DNA of 47,795 nt from the NCBI GenBank assembly GCA_017460765.1, contig JAFUAK010000159.1:1-47795 (forward strand). The letters are read 5' to 3'. The number at the start of each line of letters is the position of its first letter. Within the stretch, counting starts at the first letter, position 1. This DNA is from Prevotella sp. Lineage in GTDB: Bacteria; Bacteroidota; Bacteroidia; Bacteroidales; Bacteroidaceae. The notes beneath the pieces were generated by a model, which worked only from the letters and a program-made list of their open reading frames with translations, was not told the origin of the DNA and did not search any database. Shown in pieces: positions 18,780 to 28,269 of this stretch. Made by a program: the position numbers and the translations under genes.

Positions 18780-19423
18780 AACGAATCTAATTCTCCAGTT
18801 TCTAAAAAGTACTCATTATACTCTGATTCCACATCTGTACGATGGTCAACGATCTGACCCGGATCAATCTCCGTCTCAGTTCCTATTTCCATATAGATGA
18901 GTGTCCCCTGCCAATATCCGTTTTCCACGACAGAAGACTTTCCCCCTTCTATAATCAGTTTGTGATTTCCGGAATGCAGGATAAAACTCTTCCCAATACT
19001 GTTTACTAGTCTCGAGGTGGTGTAAAGACCAAAGCCCATACCCTTACCGTCTGTTATCCGGTCCTCAAGACATATCCGGAGAGCCTCCTCCTCTGTAATA
19101 TCCTTATAAATCTCATTCTCAGATAGCGATGCCCTAATACCCATCCCATCGTCGGCTATCAATATGTTCAGCGTTTTCTGCGCACAGTCATAATAAGTCA
19201 TGGCCGTCCCCAACGGCTTACCAGAGTGGATATGGACATTATCCATCATTTCATATAGACAATAGGTCAGTGCCTGAAGCACACTGACTTCAATTTCAAG
19301 GTGTGCCGTCATAGCACTTACGATGTCTTTGTAGACCACGTTCAGCGTCTGAGCATCGAACACGTCTATTGAAACACTCTCCTTCCCTTTATAATACTTG
19401 TCTAATAAAAATGCTACATCCAT
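18773..19423 (-). CDS. GHKL/HATPase_c ATP-binding protein (anti-sigma-kinase-like)
   Basis: N-box EMMDNVHIHS, G1 DDGMGI, G2 GKGMGFGL, G3 GT; no sensor or HisKA domain; overlaps the STAS gene. Confidence 0.8.
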   Translation of the reverse strand: MDVAFLLDKYYKGKESVSIDVFDAQTLNVVYKDIVSAMTAHLEIEVSVLQALTYCLYEMMDNVHIHSGKPLGTAMTYYDCAQKTLNILIADDGMGIRASLSENEIYKDITEEEALRICLEDRITDGKGMGFGLYTTSRLVNSIGKSFILHSGNHKLIIEGGKSSVVENGYWQGTLIYMEIGTETEIDPGQIVDHRTDVESEYNEYFLETGELDSLW

Positions 19424-19494
19424 AAATCATCTGTTTCTACCTGCAAAATATGTACCCATACGCTCATCTCATTGTTAATTTCTATTTCAGCCTG

Positions 19495-19526
19495 CAAATA
19501 TACATCTTTCCTGCGACATCACCAAA
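19495..19526 (-). promoter_or_regulatory. Internal promoter upstream of HATPase-STAS
   Basis: TTTG (19523-19526), 20-nt spacer, TATATTTG (19495-19502) on minus. Confidence 0.65.
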
Positions 19527-19534
19527 TATTTCCT

Positions 19535-22500
19535 TCATTCATTACTAATATTCACCTTCGTGCTGCCTTCAACATCAGCCTTATTACCGCCGCCGAAGAC
19601 GCTGCCTTGCACTACCGTATCACCTGTGATGGTGACGCTGGCGTTGCTAAGCGACTTACTCTCATTGCCTCCGCCGTAGACGCTGGTTCCAACAGAGCCA
19701 CCGTTGATGGTGATGCTGATGTCGCCAGTGACGTTGCCGAGGTCGGCCATGTTAATCTTAGAGACTACGTCTGTGTAGAGTTTCTTCTCCGCCTCCACTG
19801 CTTTGTTCTTGTCCGTGGAGGTGCCTTGCACCCACTCCCATTCCTCTGGCTCCACTACCCCGAACTCAGAGAATATACCTGTCTCGCCGTAGTATTTCGA
19901 ATAAGTTGGTTTCGTGGTAGGATAAACAGGCAATTTGTTTGACTCCGCCTTAAAGCCGCCGCCAAAGGCATTGCCCTTTATTATACAGTCGGTGAGGTTA
20001 CTGACAACATTGCCATTGACTGTTCCCTGACAGCCAGCGCCATAGAAATCTTCCTCTACCGTGCAGTTGTTCAATGTATTCTCCACACTACCAGTTGAGG
20101 CAAGCGAGAATTGCGAACGTCCCAGATAGATGCGGGCTACCAACTTCTGGCCCACCGAGTTCGGGATGAATTCAAATTTGTAACTGGTGCCAATACCATA
20201 GTTTGCGTTGTAATTCAATCGATTGCCGTTCCCCGTATAATTAGTGAAGGACCGGTCATATTCGACTTCTGCCCCCATTGCATAACCGCTATTCTCATTC
20301 TGATAGACATAGGTAAGCGACGTTCCCCCGAAGCCTGCTCCGTAATAGTTGTTGAAGACGGTATTGGTGGCACTCGTCGTGACGGTCTTTCCTGTGGCCA
20401 TGTCGCCAAACTCCGGTCCGCCGCAGTAGAAGTCCACCTTGCTGTTGTTGATGGTCACACTGATGTTGCCGGTGATGCGGGCCGTAGGCGAGGTGCCTCC
20501 TCCGAAGAACTTGCTGATGAGGGCATGATTAACTTTAGCGGTCATATTCACGTTCTCCTGCTTTTCACTCGAATTGATAGGAGTCTCCATATAGGCACCG
20601 AGGAACTTATGAATCTTTCCTCCTGCGCACCAGAAATAGATGTTGTCGCCCTTGGCCTTGCCACCGACATGATAGCCAGTCATGCAGCACTCCTCTATCT
20701 CGCCTCCTGTAACATTGACGGGGACGATAGGATTGGTATGAGACTTATTTGAGTGATTCCCTGGATAGAACTCCTTAACGTATGCATTGCCACCTATCTG
20801 GATATATCTGAGTCTGTCACAAGGGTTGTCATAAGAACGGACTATCTGTGTGAAATAGCCACTGTTGACAATCCACCGATTGGTGTTGCCGTCTGCCGAC
20901 TGTTCAGGGAAGTTGCGGGAATCTATCTCGCACTGGTTCATCAGGCTGAGAGCCGTCTCTGTCAGTTCAAACCACCCGTGGGCCTTCCAGATGGAAATGT
21001 TCGGATAATATGAACTACCCTTGACGTGGGCAGCCATGCCAATACCAATGTTGGGTACAAAGTCAAATCGTATAGCAGGAACGTGAGGGCGAGACACGTC
21101 ATTCATGTAAGTATACCATCCATAGTCAGGCTCCTGATTGTTGTCTTCATCAACACTCATGATAGTCAGAGCCTTGTTGGTATGATTGTTAAAGATAACA
21201 CCATTAAGAGCGGCCACATTATAATGGAAATTGCCCACCAGCGCAATAGCCTGCCTATTTGGATTCTTTGATTCAACCATGGCAGACAATAGTGTACTGA
21301 GGTTGGTATAAACACTCTTACCATGATAGGTCAGTGGTACGGAACCTCCTAATCCTGCAACAGTACCATTATAGGAGTTACCATATCCTATGTCATAATA
21401 TTCGTCGCTCAGGTAATATGCCTTTGCGAAGTTCGCTTCGATATTGATACTTGTAACGCCGTCTGGAACGATATAATAGCCGCCCTGAGCAAAGACGTAA
21501 GGATTAGCCGATTCATCGTAAATATCCTTCTGCTTATTGCTGCGGTCAGCATGGTCGTGGTTCGGTGCAGAGAACGAGTTTGCTCCGCCAGCACTCGTAA
21601 TTTTCCACCCTGTGCATATATAGTCATAGTCGCGAGTCCAGCCGCTGTACTCATTGGCAAACGGAAGAACCACCTTGCCGTATGTGTAGTCATAGCGCAG
21701 GGTGTCCATGTCAGTGATGGGCAACTGAGAGGTAAACGAACTGCCATTGATGCTGACGTTGACCGTCAGATAACCGCCCGTTCCCATACCTGTGAGCAGT
21801 TTTCCCGCATAGTCATTGGTCGTATTGGGCAAGTTGTCTTTTATGCCGATGGTTGTGCGCTTGGTGTCTTTTTCCCATTGTTCAACAATCGGATAGTCCC
21901 TGCCTGGTTTTATTGCCCAGTGTCCAATCTCGTCAACATGTGCATAATCACTGAAAAGGAAATAGGATGCCAGTTCGCGATGAGTATTCAGGATGTGCCG
22001 GTAGAAAGGAAAGCGTGTCAGATATTCCTCCTTGGCAATGGCTTGCTGGTCATTGTAAGCCGTATATGGAACCTTCACGACTATACTGCCTGAAGCGTCT
22101 CTTTCATTACTATACAGATAATAGTTGTACTCAGTGAACTTGCTCACATTGTCCACATGATTTCCTGTATAGACTGGCGAGATATTGGTGGCTCCGCTCA
22201 CGCTGCCATACATCATACACATGGCAATGCGTACGCCAGTGCCGGTGAGCGTGGTAGCACCATCCACCGTACCCTCGTTCTTGCCTACGATGCCCGCTGC
22301 ACAGTCGCTTCCGCTGACATCGGCGTAATTATAGCAGTTCACCACTCGAACGTTAGAGCCGCTTTTGATGAGTCCTACAAGTCCGCCCACATTAGTGCCA
22401 CCACTCACGCTGCCACTCAGCACACCGCAGTTGTAGATTTTTGTCGTGCCAGTGGCTTCATTACAGATGGCTCCCACGTTGCCACTGCCGCTGATATTGA

Positions 22501-24370
22501 CATCATCGAACATCACGTTCTTCACCGTTCCGCCGCTGAGATTGTCGAACAACGGCACGGCCAGACCGCTGATGGTATGGTAGCCGCCGTCGAATTCGCC
22601 CGTGAAGCCGCTGATGCTGGCATCAAGGCTGCCGGCATCAATGTCATCGGTGACGACGCAACGATCGGCCAGATGCGAACTGATTCCCTGCAACTTTGAC
22701 AGGTCATTAATGAAATAACTTAAAGAAATAGTGGTCTCGGCGATGCACGACATATCCTTAGTGCCTTCTTTGGCCACAGCCTTGATGGTCATCATGCCGC
22801 TACCGTCGCTCAACGTAATGGGGGCAGTATATTGTGTGCTTCCTGTTGTCGGGTCAGTGCCGTCAATTGTGTAGTAGATAGTGCCGCGACCGGTGATAGT
22901 AATCGTAATACCACTCTGGCTAATGACGGGCTTAGCGGTGTACTGCGGTGTGTAGTTAAGCGTAGTGATGTCCGAATGTAGTGTGCCGTTGTAGGCAATA
23001 GCCTTGATGGTTGCGTTCTCGTTCATGGCGAAAGGCTCGGCGTAGGGGGTACAGGTGTTGTCGGGGTCGGTGCCGTCGGTTGTATAGTAGATGGTGCCAT
23101 CGCCATTTATTTCCACGATATTGCTGCAGTCGGCTATGGAACTGATGACAGGATCTGACGGTATGCCTACCCCCTGCGAGGCCACCCTGGTCAGGACGAT
23201 TCCATAGCGGGCTACTACTGATTTCAGTGTGTAGGTTCCCGTCACCGTGACCGTACTGCTGTAGGTCTGCGTGGTGCTGCCTCCAACGGTAGGAGTACTG
23301 CCGTCGGTGGTATAGAGAATATCAAAGCCTGCGGCAATCTTGTCGTAAGTGATGGTGAAAGTGTTGGCTTCAGAGTTGTAGTTGATGGTTGGGGCGGGGA
23401 GCAGATTCTCAGTAAATGCCCATTTGGGGCTACCTGCGTAAAGTTGTATCAAACCATTACGCCTGTCTGACATATCATTGTCTGCAGACAAATCCGCTTT
23501 GTCTCCTGTAGCAGAATTGAATGTGTAGTTCTGCGACTTGTCGAAGGTGATTCGGTATGGCGAACTCTTATCATCCTTATGAAGATAGAAATAGGAGCGT
23601 GTAAGGTCATCGCCTGTTGGATTCTCCATTAGCCATATATCGCGGTCGCCATAGGCATTATTGTTTTGTGTGTTCGTTTTTGGGAAACCCCTTCTGACAA
23701 TATACTTGTTCAACTTTGGGTTTATCAGTTGGAAGGCACCTAAACCGTCATTCAGGTTTTTCAATACCCAGTGACAATAGGCGTCATCGTGCGCGTCATA
23801 TTTACCTGCAACCGCTGGAGCATCAGTGGCGTTGAAGGTGGTGAGATACTCATTGGTCGTACCTGTACTCTGCACCACTGACGGCCACAAATACCATCCT
23901 TTATTAGTATGTGAGAGATAGTATATGCCATCTGGCTGATAAACAGTTCCGTCAGCCTGAAAAACGACAGTAACATAAACGTCATAATCCTCGTCGTCTG
24001 GCATGGTCAGTTCATATTCAGCATCACTCTTCGTTGTTACCGCGACAGGGCCAGAGGGAACATCACCAGCCCGGGTCGGAGAGGAATTATCCAGATAAAC
24101 AGTCTTCTGAGCAACCACACTGACTGTTCTATAACCTGTAGCAGCATTGACAGTCAATGTCACCGTTTGACCAACACCGGGGACAGTTCCTTTGAGGCCT
24201 TCTTCACCATCGGTGAGACTAATTTCGAAGCCCCCGGAACTGGCGGTGACTGTTCCGTGATCTCCTTGCTTTTTAATCACAATCGTCTGGTCTGCCAATG
24301 CTCCCATGCTGACCATCATCAGCAGGGCGATGGTGATTACCCGTATCGATATTTTATCTAATCCCCTCAT
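19535..24370 (-). CDS. 1611-aa secreted multidomain adhesin-like protein (Ig-like, putative beta-trefoil, 3x Fn3-associated/CHB_HEX_C, GLUG-like, C-terminal GGG solenoid)
   Basis: Signal peptide; three (L/Y)YT(T/I)DG(S/T)xP repeats; VGGLVG GLUG-like motifs; ends VFGGGNKADVEGSTKVNISNE; no T9SS CTD visible. Confidence 0.85.
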   Translation of the reverse strand: MRGLDKISIRVITIALLMMVSMGALADQTIVIKKQGDHGTVTASSGGFEISLTDGEEGLKGTVPGVGQTVTLTVNAATGYRTVSVVAQKTVYLDNSSPTRAGDVPSGPVAVTTKSDAEYELTMPDDEDYDVYVTVVFQADGTVYQPDGIYYLSHTNKGWYLWPSVVQSTGTTNEYLTTFNATDAPAVAGKYDAHDDAYCHWVLKNLNDGLGAFQLINPKLNKYIVRRGFPKTNTQNNNAYGDRDIWLMENPTGDDLTRSYFYLHKDDKSSPYRITFDKSQNYTFNSATGDKADLSADNDMSDRRNGLIQLYAGSPKWAFTENLLPAPTINYNSEANTFTITYDKIAAGFDILYTTDGSTPTVGGSTTQTYSSTVTVTGTYTLKSVVARYGIVLTRVASQGVGIPSDPVISSIADCSNIVEINGDGTIYYTTDGTDPDNTCTPYAEPFAMNENATIKAIAYNGTLHSDITTLNYTPQYTAKPVISQSGITITITGRGTIYYTIDGTDPTTGSTQYTAPITLSDGSGMMTIKAVAKEGTKDMSCIAETTISLSYFINDLSKLQGISSHLADRCVVTDDIDAGSLDASISGFTGEFDGGYHTISGLAVPLFDNLSGGTVKNVMFDDVNISGSGNVGAICNEATGTTKIYNCGVLSGSVSGGTNVGGLVGLIKSGSNVRVVNCYNYADVSGSDCAAGIVGKNEGTVDGATTLTGTGVRIAMCMMYGSVSGATNISPVYTGNHVDNVSKFTEYNYYLYSNERDASGSIVVKVPYTAYNDQQAIAKEEYLTRFPFYRHILNTHRELASYFLFSDYAHVDEIGHWAIKPGRDYPIVEQWEKDTKRTTIGIKDNLPNTTNDYAGKLLTGMGTGGYLTVNVSINGSSFTSQLPITDMDTLRYDYTYGKVVLPFANEYSGWTRDYDYICTGWKITSAGGANSFSAPNHDHADRSNKQKDIYDESANPYVFAQGGYYIVPDGVTSINIEANFAKAYYLSDEYYDIGYGNSYNGTVAGLGGSVPLTYHGKSVYTNLSTLLSAMVESKNPNRQAIALVGNFHYNVAALNGVIFNNHTNKALTIMSVDEDNNQEPDYGWYTYMNDVSRPHVPAIRFDFVPNIGIGMAAHVKGSSYYPNISIWKAHGWFELTETALSLMNQCEIDSRNFPEQSADGNTNRWIVNSGYFTQIVRSYDNPCDRLRYIQIGGNAYVKEFYPGNHSNKSHTNPIVPVNVTGGEIEECCMTGYHVGGKAKGDNIYFWCAGGKIHKFLGAYMETPINSSEKQENVNMTAKVNHALISKFFGGGTSPTARITGNISVTINNSKVDFYCGGPEFGDMATGKTVTTSATNTVFNNYYGAGFGGTSLTYVYQNENSGYAMGAEVEYDRSFTNYTGNGNRLNYNANYGIGTSYKFEFIPNSVGQKLVARIYLGRSQFSLASTGSVENTLNNCTVEEDFYGAGCQGTVNGNVVSNLTDCIIKGNAFGGGFKAESNKLPVYPTTKPTYSKYYGETGIFSEFGVVEPEEWEWVQGTSTDKNKAVEAEKKLYTDVVSKINMADLGNVTGDISITINGGSVGTSVYGGGNESKSLSNASVTITGDTVVQGSVFGGGNKADVEGSTKVNISNE

Positions 24371-24381
24371 TTCCGTTTTTA

Positions 24382-27300
24382 TTAATTCTTTATCTCTACC
24401 TTCGTGCTGCCTTCAACAACACCCTGATCGCCGCCTCCGAAGACGTTACCATTAACGATGGCATTACCAGAGATCGTAACCTCTGTATTACCATTAACGC
24501 CACTCTGAGCACCACCGCCGAAAACATCGCCCTCAACCTTACTAGTTCCTGTAACAGTAATGGTGGCACTGCCGCTAACAGTGCCAAGACCAGTTAGGTT
24601 TTCTGTAGTATAGATATACCATTTACCACTATTAGCAGGATACTCGAAATAACGATTTGCGTTACTTGTAGTAGGAGCGGGAGAAAGTCCCCATTCAGTG
24701 GGAACCTCATGTATCCATTGATAATAGATAGTGTCGCCAACCGCATGTTCACCAACAGCCGAAGTATATTTCAAAAAGTCCAACGAGCCCTCGTGGATAA
24801 AACCTGCAAAATCACGATAAGCATAATTCACTGAACTCTTGTCGTGGACAGGGAACGATGGGATGCTTGCCGAGAAGCCAGCACCAAAAACAGATCCATG
24901 AACAACTGTATGCCCCTGAAGTGTAGTGGTTACATCGCCACCGACAGCACCAAGGTTGCCACCGCCATAAAAATTGCCATTGAAAGTACAGTCAGTAATT
25001 GTGGTTGTGATTGGAGCCACCATGGTCTTAGAAAAGGATGCATAATGGTAGTAAGAACGAGGAACAGTTTTGTCACTACCTGACGGTATTGGCAACAGTT
25101 CAAATTCAAATTCAACTTGATATCCTTTATTATTCTCATATGAAAAAGGAATAAAATTGTTAAACTTTCCTTTATCATTAGCACTCCATACACTATAGTC
25201 TGTTTTTGTCGGTGCGTCAATGTTCCATCCATCGTATTTATTCTCGCGCAACATATTAGTACCTCCATTGCCACCTCCAAAGAACTGATCGAAAGTTGTG
25301 CCGGTCGCTGTGGTTCTAATGCTCTTGGTATTACTCATGTCACCCAGTTTGGGGCCACCACAGTATTTATGGATAATGCTGTTGTTGACAGTGACATCAA
25401 TATTACCAGTAACGGGACGGGTAGCATTGATGCCACCGCCATAGAATTCGTGTATTCGCGAATGATTGATAGTGAAGGTAACGTTACCACCATTAGTCTC
25501 ACCCTTTGCCCCCACACTCTCCATACCTGCACCAGCCACCGTGCCAAACCATCCACCGTCAAGATAGGCATGTGGGTTGTCTGTCATATTATAAAAGTCA
25601 GAACGGAACATTCCGCTAAGATAAAACTCCGGAAACTCACCACCAATGGCATTGACAGCACAATGGCGGGTGGCTGACCGAGTGTTGACATGGGTACCCG
25701 GAGTGAAGGCTTTCATGTAGAGTTTGCCCCCCATCAGGAAATAGGACGTCCTATCAGCCCTGGCTTTAGCTGTGGCATCAAGGGTAGCCTCAGAAAATTT
25801 ATGCGTAGAGACTATCTGCGTAATTTCGCCGCCGTTGAGAATTATTGGGGCCTCATGTTTATTATACTTATTATCATCATTTCTTATCTCGTATTCAAAT
25901 TGGGTCACATACATATACGATGTTTCAGTCACCTCAAAATGCCCCTGCGGACAGAAGTTGCGAATACCCCAATAAGTAGTACCCGTACGGATAGCCATCG
26001 TGATGTCTGGCACCATCAAGAAATCGAAACGGATGGGTTGTAAGTTAGGGCGACTAACATTGTTCATACCAGCCTGAAAGCAGAAGTCAGGCTCATTGTC
26101 AAAATCGAAGTCTGCACTCATCATGGTAAAAGGCTTGGCTGCAGTATTATAACTATTGCCACTAAGAAGAAGGTAACTATGACAGCTGTTGTCCTGATAG
26201 TTGCCAACCAACACTATGGCTTGGTCGTAGACAGATCCTGATGCATTCACTGACAAAGCACCTATGGCATTTTGCAAAGAGGTTTTGACGGCTGGATTAG
26301 TAGAAACACCACCTACGTTTTCTGGTAATTGTCCTGAAACATAGAAATCATTCGAGCCTTTGTTCACGCGGTCAAGGTAGCGGTTATTGTTACATAGATA
26401 GACTGCTTCACCCCAGCAGGCTTCAATAGTGATGGCTGATACACCGTCAGGCACATAGTAATACCCTCCTTGTGCAAAAACACGCCCGCTTACTCCATAC
26501 TTATCTTTGTCCGTACATTTGCGGTCAGCAAAATTATAGCCACTTTCCCAGTCGGCAGTGAATGTTCCTTGAGTACCACCTGTGACACTGGTCACTTTCC
26601 ATCCCGTCACCACTTTTGAGGTATAGTTATTGCCGTATTTAGCAGCCCATGTAGTACCATTGGGATTGCCAAATACTTCATTATAATAAGGCAGTTGTAT
26701 CTTTTGGGCACAATAGTCGTAGTTCAGTGTGTCCATATCAGTGATGGTAATATCTCTCGTAACATCAGTAGCATTGCTATTATTTGACCCACCTTTAATG
26801 GTAACACTCAATGTACTATAACTTTTACCCTCCCAAGGCTTGGCACTACTGCGGGCTATATTGGTCTTGGTCTCAGGATTCCACACATAATCAGGATCTA
26901 TATCAAAGGTGGAGTAATACTTTCCCCATTTCTTTAAAATGGGATAAGGGGCAATTGTTCTATCCAGTACCCACTTGGCTATGCCAACAGACTCTACGTT
27001 TTCATCCGTTGCATCCGTGTCGGCATCTTTTTTGTAGTTACCGTTGACCCACCATGTACAAAGGCGGCGGTTACTATTCAGTATACTACGATATATTTCA
27101 AAACGTGTTAGATATTTCTTAGCAACGGGCCATGAATAATTATAATTGCTAATATTACTATAGTCATCGTCAAATGAGGCTTCTTCCTCACAATAGTAGT
27201 TGTAGTTGTTGACTCTGTCGGAAGCATTGTTTATAATGGCAGTTCCACCGTATACTGGACGTTTTGTAGCGCCTGCGGTAATGTCACCATAGAACATACA

Positions 27301-28269
27301 GTTCACAACCATAGTCTTGACGTTGTTGTTGAAATTGGCAGGACCGTTTCCCTGCATGGTAGCGGTAGTGTTATTTCCCACCAAGCCACCAGCATTACTG
27401 CCAGCAGAGACATTAGCATAACTGAAGCAGTTAATAACACGAGCATAGCCGTCAAGGTTACCTACAAGGCTGCCGCAGTGATTGTCTGTGCTGGACACGG
27501 TAGAACGGTTGGTGGTGGTGTGCTCGTTTGTGGTTGGCAGGATGCCGCAGTTGTAGATACGGGTAGTTCCATTAGCAGTACCACACACAGCACCGATTGG
27601 ACCGCTACCTGAAACTGTGATACTCTTAAACATGATATTGCTAATGGTGGCACCTGTGGCTGTGGTGAAGAGTGGAACTGACAGGTTACTGATGATAGGG
27701 AATGTACCGTCAGCCTTGGCTCGGGCAGTCAGTTTTCCTGTGAATGCACCATTTAATGTAGGGTTATAGCCTGAAGCATCAATATCTTCAGTAATGATAT
27801 AAGTGCCATCAGCAGTCAGAGCATTGAGACCATTAAGATCAGAAATCACAATAGAATTTTCCGCAAACTCGGCAACTATATTGACCCCAGTATATCCGGA
27901 AGATGCTGAGGGCATCTGGAATGTGTATGTTGAGGAAGAAGTCTTGGATAATTCAACAGAACCTGCACCGACTCGGGTCGTTGCTCTCGCACTCCCATTA
28001 TTGGCATCAGTCAGATAATTGGCAGAAATCGACAGCAGACGTTCTCCAGGGTCGATTGTCAAAGTCACTATTGCACCTTCGCCACCTGATAAGGTATATA
28101 CGCCATCGGTACCACCAGTAAGGTTTCCTGTGGTAACTGACGGGGTCACGTCTCCTTGCCCATTGATCGTTATCTTGATCGTCTGGTCTGCCCATGCGCC
28201 CATGCTGACCATCATCAGCAGGGCCATAGTGAATATCCTTATATACTGTTTGTTCATATATCGTTTCAT
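24382..28269 (-). CDS. 1295-aa paralog of the 1611-aa protein (lacks the trefoil and Fn3-associated modules)
   Basis: Shared blocks IYNCG, YLTRF..YR.ILN, ITDMDTL.YD, VFAQGGYY.VPDGV, IRFDF, YCGGP; ends VFGGGDQGVVEGSTKVEIKN. Confidence 0.85.
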   Translation of the reverse strand: MKRYMNKQYIRIFTMALLMMVSMGAWADQTIKITINGQGDVTPSVTTGNLTGGTDGVYTLSGGEGAIVTLTIDPGERLLSISANYLTDANNGSARATTRVGAGSVELSKTSSSTYTFQMPSASSGYTGVNIVAEFAENSIVISDLNGLNALTADGTYIITEDIDASGYNPTLNGAFTGKLTARAKADGTFPIISNLSVPLFTTATGATISNIMFKSITVSGSGPIGAVCGTANGTTRIYNCGILPTTNEHTTTNRSTVSSTDNHCGSLVGNLDGYARVINCFSYANVSAGSNAGGLVGNNTTATMQGNGPANFNNNVKTMVVNCMFYGDITAGATKRPVYGGTAIINNASDRVNNYNYYCEEEASFDDDYSNISNYNYSWPVAKKYLTRFEIYRSILNSNRRLCTWWVNGNYKKDADTDATDENVESVGIAKWVLDRTIAPYPILKKWGKYYSTFDIDPDYVWNPETKTNIARSSAKPWEGKSYSTLSVTIKGGSNNSNATDVTRDITITDMDTLNYDYCAQKIQLPYYNEVFGNPNGTTWAAKYGNNYTSKVVTGWKVTSVTGGTQGTFTADWESGYNFADRKCTDKDKYGVSGRVFAQGGYYYVPDGVSAITIEACWGEAVYLCNNNRYLDRVNKGSNDFYVSGQLPENVGGVSTNPAVKTSLQNAIGALSVNASGSVYDQAIVLVGNYQDNSCHSYLLLSGNSYNTAAKPFTMMSADFDFDNEPDFCFQAGMNNVSRPNLQPIRFDFLMVPDITMAIRTGTTYWGIRNFCPQGHFEVTETSYMYVTQFEYEIRNDDNKYNKHEAPIILNGGEITQIVSTHKFSEATLDATAKARADRTSYFLMGGKLYMKAFTPGTHVNTRSATRHCAVNAIGGEFPEFYLSGMFRSDFYNMTDNPHAYLDGGWFGTVAGAGMESVGAKGETNGGNVTFTINHSRIHEFYGGGINATRPVTGNIDVTVNNSIIHKYCGGPKLGDMSNTKSIRTTATGTTFDQFFGGGNGGTNMLRENKYDGWNIDAPTKTDYSVWSANDKGKFNNFIPFSYENNKGYQVEFEFELLPIPSGSDKTVPRSYYHYASFSKTMVAPITTTITDCTFNGNFYGGGNLGAVGGDVTTTLQGHTVVHGSVFGAGFSASIPSFPVHDKSSVNYAYRDFAGFIHEGSLDFLKYTSAVGEHAVGDTIYYQWIHEVPTEWGLSPAPTTSNANRYFEYPANSGKWYIYTTENLTGLGTVSGSATITVTGTSKVEGDVFGGGAQSGVNGNTEVTISGNAIVNGNVFGGGDQGVVEGSTKVEIKN

